Assembly (NCBI GenBank): GCA_041752695.1
Contig: JBGSVZ010000021.1
Location: 1 to 21,341 of the forward strand
Origin: Terrimicrobiaceae bacterium
Lineage (GTDB): Bacteria; Verrucomicrobiota; Verrucomicrobiia; Chthoniobacterales; Terrimicrobiaceae
Reading direction: 5' to 3'
Length of the DNA: 21,341 nucleotides
Shown: positions 1 to 8,605 of the stretch, one piece after another
Layout of the letters: every line of letters starts with the position of its first letter
Numbering within the stretch: position 1 is the stretch's first letter
Made by a program: the position numbers and the translations under genes
Notes under the pieces: model-generated
Told to the model about the DNA's origin: nothing
The model's database searches: none
Seen by the model: the letters and a program-made list of their open reading frames with translations, nothing else

Positions 1-3000
1 GCGGGGCGGCCCTGACGGTTGCTGGCCTGGGCGAGTTCGCGCAGGGCGGCAGCCGGAGACTGCACCAGCCGGGCCGCCATGGCGGACAGTTCCTTGAGCA
101 GGCCCTCCTTGTCCTCGGCGCGCCAGACAAAAAGCTCACACGGCCAAACTGCGCCGCCGCACGGCGAATCTTCCAGCCCCCCCTGATACTCTTCGAGGAT
201 GGCATGAGAATTGGTACCTCCGAACCCGAAGGCGCTCACCGCGGCGCGACGGGGATGGCTTGGATGGGCAAACCACGGCGAGGCTTCCTCCATCAGGCAG
301 ACGGGAGTCTCGGGATTGCGCAGCGGGGGCAGCGGGTTTTCCACCCCGGCATGGGCGGGAAGGACCTTGTGATGAAGGGCCAGGGCGGTCTTGGCCAGGC
401 TGGCCACGCCGGCCGTGCTTTTGGTGTGGCCGATCAGGGTTTTCACCGAACCCACCACGCAGGATTTTTCCTCGGCGGCGTTCTCCCGCAGCAGGGCGTT
501 GAACGATTCCAATTCGACCCTGTCGCCCACGGCGGTTCCGGTGCCGTGCGCCTCATAAAGACTGACGGTGGACGGCGAGATCCCCGCCTTCGCGTAGGCG
601 CGGCGCATGGCGCGCAACTGGCCTTCGTTGGTCGGCGCGGTCATGCTGGCTCCCCGGCCGTCGCTGGACGTGGCAGTGGCGCGAATGACGGCATAAACCC
701 GGTCGCCATCCCGTTCCGCATCGGCCAGCCGCTTCAAAACCAGCACGCCAACACCCTCACTCAGCACGATGCCGTCGGCGGATTCATCAAACGCGCAGGA
801 CACCCCACGCGGCGAAAGCGCCTGCGTTTTGCTGAAACAAATGTAACTGTAGGGCGACTGCATGGTGTCCACCCCGCCCGCGAAAGCCACGTCGCACGTG
901 CCCGTCTCCAATTCGCGCACGGCCTGGTCCACCGCCGCCAGTGAGGACGCGCAGGCGGCATCAACGATGTAATTGGACCCCCCGAAATCAAAGCGGTTCG
1001 CCACGCGTCCGGTGACAATATTAAAGAGCAGTCCGGGAAAAGTTTCACCGGTCCACTCCGGGAGCCGGTCCATGGTTTTTTGGTCCACCTTGCCGAGGAT
1101 GCGGGGAATTTCGCTGCGCGCGGCAAACTGCTGGCCGAGATCCGCCAGTCCGCCCCCGACCCCGAAGATCACTGAGGTCCGTTCCTTATTGAATCCGCCG
1201 TGTTCGTATCCCGCGTCAATCAAAGCCCGCCGGGTCGCCTCGAGCGCCAGAAGCTGCAGCGGCTCGATATTTTTCAGGGAATTCGGAGGGATGCCAAATT
1301 CCAGGGGATTAAACGCCACCTCATCCAGGAAACCGCCCCATTTGGAATAAATTTTGTCCGGCGCGTTTTTGTCCGCGTCGTAATAAAGGCGCCAATCCCA
1401 CCGGTGCGCGGGGATTTCGGTAATCGAGTTGGTTTTGCGGAGAATGTTCGTCCAGTACGCCTCGGTATCGTGCGCGCCTGGCAGGAGCACACTGATGCCC
1501 ACGATGGCGACATCCGAAGGTTTCGGGGCAGCCACCGCCGGAACCGGCAAATCCTCCGCGGCGTCGGCCACCACGCGAACCGCCCCCTCCGAGACCTCGC
1601 AATGAAGATCCTCCAGGCGCACCAGTCCGTCATGCATCGTGGCAACCTGACCGATCATGTACATTCCCTCGCCGTATTGCACGGACTCCGCCACGCTGAC
1701 CACCTTGTCGCCCTGGCGTTTCAACCCCTTGGAAGCCACCCGCAGCCGACCGAGGGTCAGTTCGTCGAGCTCCCGGGTAATTTCCTGCTTGTCGTGGCCG
1801 GCGCGAACCAGTGTGCGTCGGGTTTCCAGAAATTCCTGGGTAAACGGCGTGGCCACACAGCGAATGGCGTGGCCGGGACCGGTTTCCAGATTGACCGTGC
1901 GGTCGCAGGCCAGGGCCTCTTTTTGAAACTTCGGCACGATGGCCCCGCAATCCACCGCTTCATGGGTGAAAAGGTAAGCCGTGCCCATGAGCACGCCGAT
2001 CTTCATGCCGCGGGCTGCCAACGGAGCCGCCAGCGCGCTGATCATCGCTCCACTCCGGGCGTCGTGAATGCCGCCGGCAAACAGAATATGCATCTCGCCG
2101 GCCACCTTGTCGGACACCAGAAGAAGCTGCTGGATCATGGACTCCCAGAGGCAGAAACTGGTGAGCGGCCCGATATGGCCGCCACATTCGCGGCCTTCAA
2201 AGACAAACTTGCGGCTGCCTCGCTGGATGAAAAGCTCCAGCAATTGCGGCGTGGGCACATGCAGGTATGTCGCGATACCCTCCTTCTCCAACTGGGCGGC
2301 CTGTTCCGGACGTCCCCCGGCAATGAGGGCAAAAGGCGGTCGCACTTCCCGCACCACCGCAAGCTGTTCATCGCGCAGCTCGGGCGGGACAAAACCCAAA
2401 ACCCCAACTCCCCAGGCCTGGCCATCCATCAACGCCTTGCACTCGCGTAGCAGCTTGTCCACCTGCGGCCCACGCAGCAGGGCCAGCGCCAGCATCGGAA
2501 GCGCGCCCGCTTTGGTCACCGCATGAGCAAATGGTGCGGTGTCGCTCACGCGGGTCATGGGACCCTGCATGATGGGGTACCTGGTGCCATGCGAGCGAGC
2601 GAGCAGCGAGTCCGGCGCCAGGGGTTCCAGCGTTGCGGCAGCACGCAGCGAAGCCTCCGCCCCGTCGCGGATGGCGCAGACCAGACGACCCGTGGTGTGA
2701 TATTTCGCGGCCAACCCCGCCGCCATTCCGACCGCCTGACCGACCGGCCAGGCGTATTCCGCCGACGCACCCCACCCAAGCAGAGCGGCCGTTTTTGCGG
2801 TCCACCCGGCGGTGTCCCCGCTCAGCTCCGCCTCATCGGCAAACGCCCGCAGATTTTCCACGGCGGCAAACCCGGGACGCCCGAGCACGCGGATGCTGGC
2901 ACCCAGGCGTTCGCCGAGCAAAAGCGTTTCCGAGCCATTGAGAGGCTTCAGAGTGGTCTTCCAGGAATGCGGCAGCGGCGATTCTGGCATGAGCCAAAGC

Positions 3001-3557
3001 TGGTCGTCGAGGACCACCCCGGCGGCCCCGGCAGCGAGGCAGGCCGCGGCCGAATGCGGGCCAATGCCCCCCTGGACATGAACGGGGAGGTCGGTTTTCG
3101 CCAGGACCTGCTGGGCAAGGATAAATGCGGGATATTCGCCCACATAGCCACCCGACTCCTGGCCTTTCACGACGAGACCCGTGTAAGGCACGCTGCCCAA
3201 AGCGTCGAGCTGGGCAACGTCAATGATCTCCCGGTACCACTCTCGCAGAGGAGAGGCGGGAAGCGATAAGGCAAAATCCGCAGAGTCTCCCGCCACCAGC
3301 ACGGCATGATGGCGATCGGAAAGATGCGGCAGGAGGGCCGCTGCCCTCTCCGCATCCGGGGCGCTGACCCGCAAGCCAATCACCGCGCTCTCAGGAACAC
3401 CCGTTAGCGTCTGGAGAAGATTGGCCTGCTCGCGGAGCGTGTCGCTCTCCCGGCAAAATTCGAGGTCGAGGTAGATGACCGCTCCCGCCCGCGCGCCGGC
3501 GATGGCCAGCCCCGGATGCGAGACGTGCGCCGGCGTGATGATCGAAACTCTGAACAT
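1..3557 (-). CDS. Iterative type I polyketide/fatty-acid synthase (PfaA/HglE-like), 5' part only: two N-terminal NPD/FabK-like FMN enoyl-reductase domains + ketosynthase; continues past the left edge
   Basis: Manual translation from ATG at 3557 (MFRVSIITPAHVSHPG...) stays open to the window edge. It is absent from the ORF track because there is no stop in the window. KS motifs lie in one frame: DVAIVG (~1510), KIYSKWGGFLD, DAACASSL (Cys codon 951-953), EAHGTGT (His 546-548), KTLIGHT (His 426-428), SAFGFGGTNSH. NPD-like motifs: GLVVKGQESGGYVG / VQGGIG and YPIMQGPMTRVSD / FEGRECGGHIG / FAGGIHD / GVLMGTAYL. Confidence 0.93.
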   Translation of the reverse strand, partial: MFRVSIITPAHVSHPGLAIAGARAGAVIYLDLEFCRESDTLREQANLLQTLTGVPESAVIGLRVSAPDAERAAALLPHLSDRHHAVLVAGDSADFALSLPASPLREWYREIIDVAQLDALGSVPYTGLVVKGQESGGYVGEYPAFILAQQVLAKTDLPVHVQGGIGPHSAAACLAAGAAGVVLDDQLWLMPESPLPHSWKTTLKPLNGSETLLLGERLGASIRVLGRPGFAAVENLRAFADEAELSGDTAGWTAKTAALLGWGASAEYAWPVGQAVGMAAGLAAKYHTTGRLVCAIRDGAEASLRAAATLEPLAPDSLLARSHGTRYPIMQGPMTRVSDTAPFAHAVTKAGALPMLALALLRGPQVDKLLRECKALMDGQAWGVGVLGFVPPELRDEQLAVVREVRPPFALIAGGRPEQAAQLEKEGIATYLHVPTPQLLELFIQRGSRKFVFEGRECGGHIGPLTSFCLWESMIQQLLLVSDKVAGEMHILFAGGIHDARSGAMISALAAPLAARGMKIGVLMGTAYLFTHEAVDCGAIVPKFQKEALACDRTVNLETGPGHAIRCVATPFTQEFLETRRTLVRAGHDKQEITRELDELTLGRLRVASKGLKRQGDKVVSVAESVQYGEGMYMIGQVATMHDGLVRLEDLHCEVSEGAVRVVADAAEDLPVPAVAAPKPSDVAIVGISVLLPGAHDTEAYWTNILRKTNSITEIPAHRWDWRLYYDADKNAPDKIYSKWGGFLDEVAFNPLEFGIPPNSLKNIEPLQLLALEATRRALIDAGYEHGGFNKERTSVIFGVGGGLADLGQQFAARSEIPRILGKVDQKTMDRLPEWTGETFPGLLFNIVTGRVANRFDFGGSNYIVDAACASSLAAVDQAVRELETGTCDVAFAGGVDTMQSPYSYICFSKTQALSPRGVSCAFDESADGIVLSEGVGVLVLKRLADAERDGDRVYAVIRATATSSDGRGASMTAPTNEGQLRAMRRAYAKAGISPSTVSLYEAHGTGTAVGDRVELESFNALLRENAAEEKSCVVGSVKTLIGHTKSTAGVASLAKTALALHHKVLPAHAGVENPLPPLRNPETPVCLMEEASPWFAHPSHPRRAAVSAFGFGGTNSHAILEEYQGGLEDSPCGGAVWPCELFVWRAEDKEGLLKELSAMAARLVQSPAAALRELAQASNRQGRP

Positions 3558-3573
3558 TGGTGATTTGATTGGC

Positions 3574-3602
3574 AACCTACCAGTCTGACCGCATTTGAAC
3601 AA
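3574..3602 (-). promoter_or_regulatory. Putative sigma70 promoter for the PKS
   Basis: Minus strand reads TTGTTC-17 nt-TAGGTT with an extended -10 (TGG). This predicts a TSS about 10 nt before the ATG at 3557. Confidence 0.4.
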
Positions 3603-3696
3603 TGGCGGATTTGGAGGGGAATCGGCAGGCCGTGTCAACCCCGGGTCCAAGGAAGCTTCTGAGCCCTTCCACCGATCGACGGCGGCCATGTTCCAG

Positions 3697-3726
3697 TTGA
3701 CACCCCGGAACGGCCGCCCCTAGATT
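3697..3726 (+). promoter_or_regulatory. Putative sigma70 promoter (leaderless) for the hydrolase/TauD unit
   Basis: TTGACA (3697-3702)-18 nt-TAGATT (3721-3726). The ATG at 3732 is 5 nt downstream and has no SD. Confidence 0.55.
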
Positions 3727-3731
3727 CCCGG

Positions 3732-4829
3732 ATGTTGCAGGTTCGTCGAGGTCCCGGGAGTCTTGGCACTCGTTGGGTGGTGGGTTTCGTCTTCTTCGTG
3801 CATGTCGTAGTTTTTCGTGCTCCAGGAAACGACTCCTTGGCCGAAATCCCTCGTCTCACCGGTGCGATTACCGAATCCACTCCCGTAACGCCGGCTCAGC
3901 CCCGAATCATGAAAAGCACTCACGTTTACGTTAAGAATAGCACCGTCCCTGCGAGCCAGAGCCTGGATCTTTACGTGCCGGCCGGGACCACGCCCGGCGC
4001 CAACCTGCCGATGGTGGTGTATGTTCACGGCGGCGGCTTGGCCAAGGGGGACAAACGGAACCTGAAGGACCACGAAACCGCCTTCCCGAAGGCAGGGTAC
4101 ATCATTGCCTGCATCAACTACCGCAAATCCGACCCCGATGCCTCGGGGGCCAGCAAAGCGATGTATCCCGATCACGTGGAAGATGCCGCGGCGGCCATCG
4201 CCTGGCTCCATTACAATGCCCGGCAAATTGGCGGGGACCCCAACCGGATATATCTGATGGGACATTCGTCGGGCGCAGCCCTGGTAGCCCTCGTCGCCAC
4301 CGACCCACAGTTCCTGGCCAGGTTCAAAATTTCCCTCGCTTCCCTGCAGGGCGTGATCTGCAACGACAGCGGATTCTATGATCTCCTGGAACGCGCCCGC
4401 CGCCCCCAATCGCGCCGGGTCATTGAAAACGCCTACGGGACCGATCAAAACGTCTGGAAGATGGCGTCGCCCAGTTCCCACGTGAGCGCGGGCAAAAATA
4501 TCCCGCCGTTTTTCCTCACCTACACCACAATGCCAAAAGAGGCCATGGCGGAAACCTTTGCCCGCCTCCTCTCCCAGGCGGGCGTTCCCGTCACGGTTTT
4601 CTCAAGCCTTGGTCGGGACCATGAGGAAGTGAACTCTGCCGTCAGTCAGCCGGGCGATCCCCTCAACGCCGCGGTTTTTGGCTTTCTGGCTAAACATGGC
4701 GGCACCGGAGCGACGGGCGGGGCCGCTCCCGCCCCGGAAATCCCGGGTCCGGGTTCATCCCCACGGCAAAGGAAGCGCGTTTTCTCGGCCCTGCGGGACG
4801 CCCTGAAAGGCCGCACCGGCGGAATTTGA
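3732..4829 (+). CDS. Alpha/beta hydrolase (HSL-like carboxylesterase/lipase), possible N-terminal signal or anchor
   Basis: Motifs LDLYVP, VVYVHGGG (oxyanion hole), INYR, YPDHVED, IYLMGHSSG (nucleophile elbow) and DHEEV (catalytic His). It has a hydrophobic N-terminal stretch and a Gly/Pro/basic C-terminal tail. Confidence 0.9.
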   Translation: MLQVRRGPGSLGTRWVVGFVFFVHVVVFRAPGNDSLAEIPRLTGAITESTPVTPAQPRIMKSTHVYVKNSTVPASQSLDLYVPAGTTPGANLPMVVYVHGGGLAKGDKRNLKDHETAFPKAGYIIACINYRKSDPDASGASKAMYPDHVEDAAAAIAWLHYNARQIGGDPNRIYLMGHSSGAALVALVATDPQFLARFKISLASLQGVICNDSGFYDLLERARRPQSRRVIENAYGTDQNVWKMASPSSHVSAGKNIPPFFLTYTTMPKEAMAETFARLLSQAGVPVTVFSSLGRDHEEVNSAVSQPGDPLNAAVFGFLAKHGGTGATGGAAPAPEIPGPGSSPRQRKRVFSALRDALKGRTGGI

Positions 4830-4870
4830 TTGTCCCCCCAACGCCTCCTTCTCTATTTTCGAAAAAACTT

Positions 4871-5749
4871 ATGACACCGCTCTTTGGTCAGACCATTCAA
4901 GCACAACCCGGCCAGACTCTGATGGACCTCGATCTGGAGAGCGTCCGTCAAACCTATCGGGACTACGGAGCGATCTTTTTCAGCGGTTTTACGCCTTCGA
5001 TCGAACACTTCAAAAGCTTCACCAGCGCCCACAGCACCGAGTTCATGGAATATGTCGGCGGTGCGATGAGCCGTAGCCCCATCAATGGCGACCAGACGGT
5101 GGTTTCGGTGACGAATCCGGGAGATACGTTTGCCGTCCCCCTTCATGGAGAACTTTACTACCGGGACAACCCGCCCCGGCTGCTCTGGTTTTATTGCGAT
5201 GTTCCCGCAGCAACGGGAGGGGAAACCACCGTGTGTGATGCGTTCCTCATTTTCGAGCGCCTCTCCGCCCACGCCAAAAGCTTTTTCGAGAAAAACCCGA
5301 TCGTTTACATCCGCACCTACTCCAGCGATGAGCTGGAGTCCATCTACCACACCCGCGATGTCGAGCAGGTGCGGGCGATGTGCGAGGCAAGCGGAATTGC
5401 CTGCGAATGCAAGCCGGACGGCTCCGTGGTCACCCGCTACACCACCTCGGCGTTGCGGCAGGATCCGAGCGGAACCCGTCTGGCATTTATCAACAACATC
5501 CTCCCCGTTCTTGGCCTCGAGATGTCCGGAAAAACCGGCAGCCTCATCCGGCTGGAGAATGGCTACGGCCTGCCCCACGATGTGATTATCGAACTCCGGC
5601 GCGTGTGCGAGGAAATCACCTTCCCCGCCCCGATGCGAAGCGGCGATTTGCTGATGATCGACAATACCCGGATGATGCACGGTCGCCGGAGCTTCACCGG
5701 AAAACGGGCCGTTTACTCCCGCCTCGGCGCACCCGTCTTCGAGGCTTAA
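4871..5749 (+). CDS. TauD/TfdA-family Fe(II)/2-oxoglutarate dioxygenase (HxE type, SyrP/clavaminate-synthase-like)
   Basis: Motifs PLHGELYY (HxE), LLWFYC...GGETTVCD and GDLLMIDNTRMMHGRRSF (distal His, Arg). An alternative TTG start at 4826 overlaps the upstream stop. Confidence 0.9.
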   Translation: MTPLFGQTIQAQPGQTLMDLDLESVRQTYRDYGAIFFSGFTPSIEHFKSFTSAHSTEFMEYVGGAMSRSPINGDQTVVSVTNPGDTFAVPLHGELYYRDNPPRLLWFYCDVPAATGGETTVCDAFLIFERLSAHAKSFFEKNPIVYIRTYSSDELESIYHTRDVEQVRAMCEASGIACECKPDGSVVTRYTTSALRQDPSGTRLAFINNILPVLGLEMSGKTGSLIRLENGYGLPHDVIIELRRVCEEITFPAPMRSGDLLMIDNTRMMHGRRSFTGKRAVYSRLGAPVFEA

Positions 5750-5783
5750 TCCCTCGCGCCGCGCCGTCGCTTCTCCGCGGCGG

Positions 5784-7268
5784 CTACCCGCGCGAGCCCT
5801 GCCAGATCTCAAGCCCCCCCTGCGGGTTGTCTTGATAGGCCCATTCCCACGCCTTGGGGGACTGGCGCACCGCGACCTTGGGGCCAAAGGGATTGGCGGT
5901 TCCCACGAAAAGTCCGTGGGGAGTGGAAATCAAATTGCGTCCGCCGTAGTTGTACGGGTTGCCCAAACCGGTGCGCGAGACCGGCACCCAGTTGATCCCG
6001 TCGGCCGTGCGCCAGAGTTCAAACCCTCCATTGTGCGATACAAAATCATCCACCCCGGAATTGGCGATGAGGCGGGCCGAACGGGAGGGCTTTTCGTGCA
6101 CCTTGCTGAATTTCAAGATGATGCTCCAATCCATCGTGCTGGCGTACAGCCAGCCCTCGTGGATCTCCATCATCCAGAGGTAGCCGGAAAAGAAATTGCC
6201 AAATCCCGCCCCCAAACCGCTGAGAGGCTTCTTTCCATCGCGTTCGCTGCCGCAAATGATGTCGTAGGAACCGTCCGGGTTCAGACGCAGCACTTCGGCC
6301 GCAGCCGGCCCGATCTTGTTCTTCATGTCGTTGCCACCGTTCTGAATGCCCGTGCCGATGTAGAGTGAGCCCTGGAATCCCTTCATCGCGACCGCCCCCT
6401 GGTTCAAAGGACCACGGCCAGCCCCCTGATCGAGGACTTTTTCCCACTGATACGGCGGCTTGCCTTCCGCCTTCGTGCGCCAGATCTGGAAGCCCGGCAG
6501 ACCGCCGGTTCCCGCATACAGGTAATCGCCAAAAGCGCAAAGCGAGTAAATCGTCTGCACCGTCCGGAGATCCTCAAATCCCGGATCATTCACCGACTCC
6601 CACTCGCCCGTCGAGGGGTCCCGACTTTCATAAATCAGAGACGACAGCGAGGCATTGACATTTCCCTTGGCCGCTCCCGTCGGTGCGGTGAAGAGCCGGC
6701 CTTTGAACGCCACCAACGCCCGGATCGCGGTGATCGGCGTTTCTTCCCGATGATCCCGGAAGCGCAGTTTGGGCAGCAAATCAAAATGACTGCCATCTTC
6801 ACTCCGCAGCAACTCAGGCCCAAATCCTTTCGAGCGCGACCACGACGCGACATAGAGGGCCGGCCGCGAATCCGATGCCCCCTGGAACACCGCCATACTG
6901 CGAAATCCCAGGTGTCGCCGCATCTCCGTGCCATCCACACCCTGAACCATCGGAGAGGCATAGACCCGTTCCCACGTTCCAACTAGCGGATCATAACTCC
7001 AGATCTCCCCACGCGCCGCCTCGGCTTCAAACTCCGGAGAATAGGGAGGATGCGGCGTGTCCACCGGCCATTGGTCAATGGTGACAAAGGGCATCCCAAA
7101 TTTGAGCAGAATCAGGTTGGCGCGCCCCGTGCCGACCAAAATCCGGCCGTTGAACCAGGACATGGAATAGGCATAGGCATTAAACCCATCGCCAAATCCG
7201 TTCTCTGAGATCTTTCGAAAATCACTCGCCCGGAGCCCGGGCACTGGCTCACTTGGACAGACGCCCAT
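5784..7268 (-). CDS. Uncharacterised ~7-bladed beta-propeller protein
   Basis: 494 aa with about 7 repeats of the form G(F/L)G...N.Y...M..F.G.L(Y/F)xGT, followed by GFEIWR/W-xx-V segments. No signal peptide is visible. Confidence 0.75.
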   Translation of the reverse strand: MGVCPSEPVPGLRASDFRKISENGFGDGFNAYAYSMSWFNGRILVGTGRANLILLKFGMPFVTIDQWPVDTPHPPYSPEFEAEAARGEIWSYDPLVGTWERVYASPMVQGVDGTEMRRHLGFRSMAVFQGASDSRPALYVASWSRSKGFGPELLRSEDGSHFDLLPKLRFRDHREETPITAIRALVAFKGRLFTAPTGAAKGNVNASLSSLIYESRDPSTGEWESVNDPGFEDLRTVQTIYSLCAFGDYLYAGTGGLPGFQIWRTKAEGKPPYQWEKVLDQGAGRGPLNQGAVAMKGFQGSLYIGTGIQNGGNDMKNKIGPAAAEVLRLNPDGSYDIICGSERDGKKPLSGLGAGFGNFFSGYLWMMEIHEGWLYASTMDWSIILKFSKVHEKPSRSARLIANSGVDDFVSHNGGFELWRTADGINWVPVSRTGLGNPYNYGGRNLISTPHGLFVGTANPFGPKVAVRQSPKAWEWAYQDNPQGGLEIWQGSRG

Positions 7269-7385
7269 CTTCGGTCCCCTGCGCTTGAATATCTTGACTT
7301 ATGGAACGCACGGGGATGCTTTAGTTCAGATGGTGTTGGCTGTCCACTGCAATTGAAAGACGGCCCGGCACACCTTCTTTTTCTC

Positions 7386-8588
7386 ATGACTTCGACCACC
7401 CGCAACCTCTGGCGTGACCTGACTTCCGACCTTCCAGCCGAATCGGCCTCCGGACCCAGGGCGATCTCCTCCCTGGCCACCTCTTTTCAAGGGAACCTCA
7501 TTGTCGCCATGCTAATCGCCACCGGTGACGAGGACAACGCGGCCAGCCTGAATATCCACTCCAAGGCGGCCACGGGCGACTCCTGGAAGCTGGTGGCCGA
7601 GTTCCCCCTGACCGGCGAATCCCTTTCGGAGGAAAAAGGCGTGCCCTACGCCCGAATCTTTTCCGGGCTACTGAACGACGAAACCGAAGGAGCCGAAGTT
7701 TTGCGCATCGACGTCCTTGGCGGGGGATTCACCGCCGCCATCACGAGCGCAGATGCCGAGACGTTTGAAACCCGTCAGGCCATCGATGCGGCCGGCCCCG
7801 TGCTGGAGACGGCCAGCGTCGCGATGCACCAGAAAAGCGTCGTCGCCCTGGCCCGGAGGACCGGCGCGACCGAGTGGTCGCTGTGGCAGCCTGAGGGCCC
7901 ACGGAGCGCCCAGTGGCAGGAGCTGAAAAATGTGCCGGAGGCACCGTCCCGCGCCCATGGCCCCGGAGCCGTCGCCTTCGCGGCAGACCGCCTTTGGGTG
8001 GCCTTCCGCAATCCCATCCGTGGCTTCGAGATCTGGTCCACGCCCTGGGTTCCGGAAAACCTCACCTGGACCAAATCCCTCGGGGACGGCGCCTGGAAAT
8101 GGGCGGCCAATAGCGATGTGTTTGCCCTCCTCCCATTCGAAGGGGCCTGTTATGCGGCAACCGGCGCCAATGAGGCCCAGCAAACGAAGCTGGCACCCTT
8201 TCACCGGCGGGCGTTTGAACTGCTCCGCCTGTATCCGGAAGGCGACTGGGACCTCCTCGTCGGCACACCGGTTTTCACCGCAGGAGGTTTGCGCGCCCCG
8301 CTTTCCGCCAAAGGCCCGGGGTTGGACCAAATTTTAAACGACCGGGTGTTTTCCTTCCTCTCCCACCAAGGCTCCCTTTTTCTCCTCGGCCGCGACCTGG
8401 AGTCCCTCAAGCTGTGGGTCTCCCAGGACGGAGAATCCTGGGACGCCGTGCCGGTTTCCGATCTGCCGCCCCTCGGGAACAAGTGCGAACCCGAACTGGC
8501 CTCCACGCCCTTCGGGCTGGTCATCAAGTGGCAGGAATCGGCAACGACGGAGTCGGGCAGCCTCCGACTCTTTTTGAAGGAACCCTGA
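7386..8588 (+). CDS. Uncharacterised beta-propeller protein, divergent paralog of 5784..7268
   Basis: Collinear blocks with the neighbour: GFEIWST/GFQIWRT, ELLRLYPEGDWDLLVG/EVLRLNPDGSYDIICG, PLSAKGPGL/PLSGLGAGF, LWVSQDGESW/LWRTADGINW, LASTPFGL/LISTPHGL. ATG 7386 is preferred to TTG 7353. Confidence 0.72.
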   Translation: MTSTTRNLWRDLTSDLPAESASGPRAISSLATSFQGNLIVAMLIATGDEDNAASLNIHSKAATGDSWKLVAEFPLTGESLSEEKGVPYARIFSGLLNDETEGAEVLRIDVLGGGFTAAITSADAETFETRQAIDAAGPVLETASVAMHQKSVVALARRTGATEWSLWQPEGPRSAQWQELKNVPEAPSRAHGPGAVAFAADRLWVAFRNPIRGFEIWSTPWVPENLTWTKSLGDGAWKWAANSDVFALLPFEGACYAATGANEAQQTKLAPFHRRAFELLRLYPEGDWDLLVGTPVFTAGGLRAPLSAKGPGLDQILNDRVFSFLSHQGSLFLLGRDLESLKLWVSQDGESWDAVPVSDLPPLGNKCEPELASTPFGLVIKWQESATTESGSLRLFLKEP

Positions 8589-8605
8589 CGGCAGCGGGCC
8601 GTCAG
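8585..8605. terminator. Perfect 8-bp hairpin spanning two convergent stop codons (possible bidirectional terminator or stability hairpin)
   Basis: CTGACGGC-AGCGG-GCCGTCAG. It contains TGA 8586-8588 and TCA 8602-8604. There is no clear U-tract. Confidence 0.4.

Noticed and set aside
204..3269. Long plus-strand ORFs (204..944, 1200..2450, 2523..3269)
   Set aside because: These are antisense shadows of the minus-strand PKS, which carries all the recognisable motifs. Such shadows are expected in GC-rich coding DNA.
3633..3638. Perfect TTGACA on the minus strand as the PKS -35
   Set aside because: There is no credible -10 at 16-18 nt spacing. The TTGTTC/TAGGTT pair nearer the ATG fits better.
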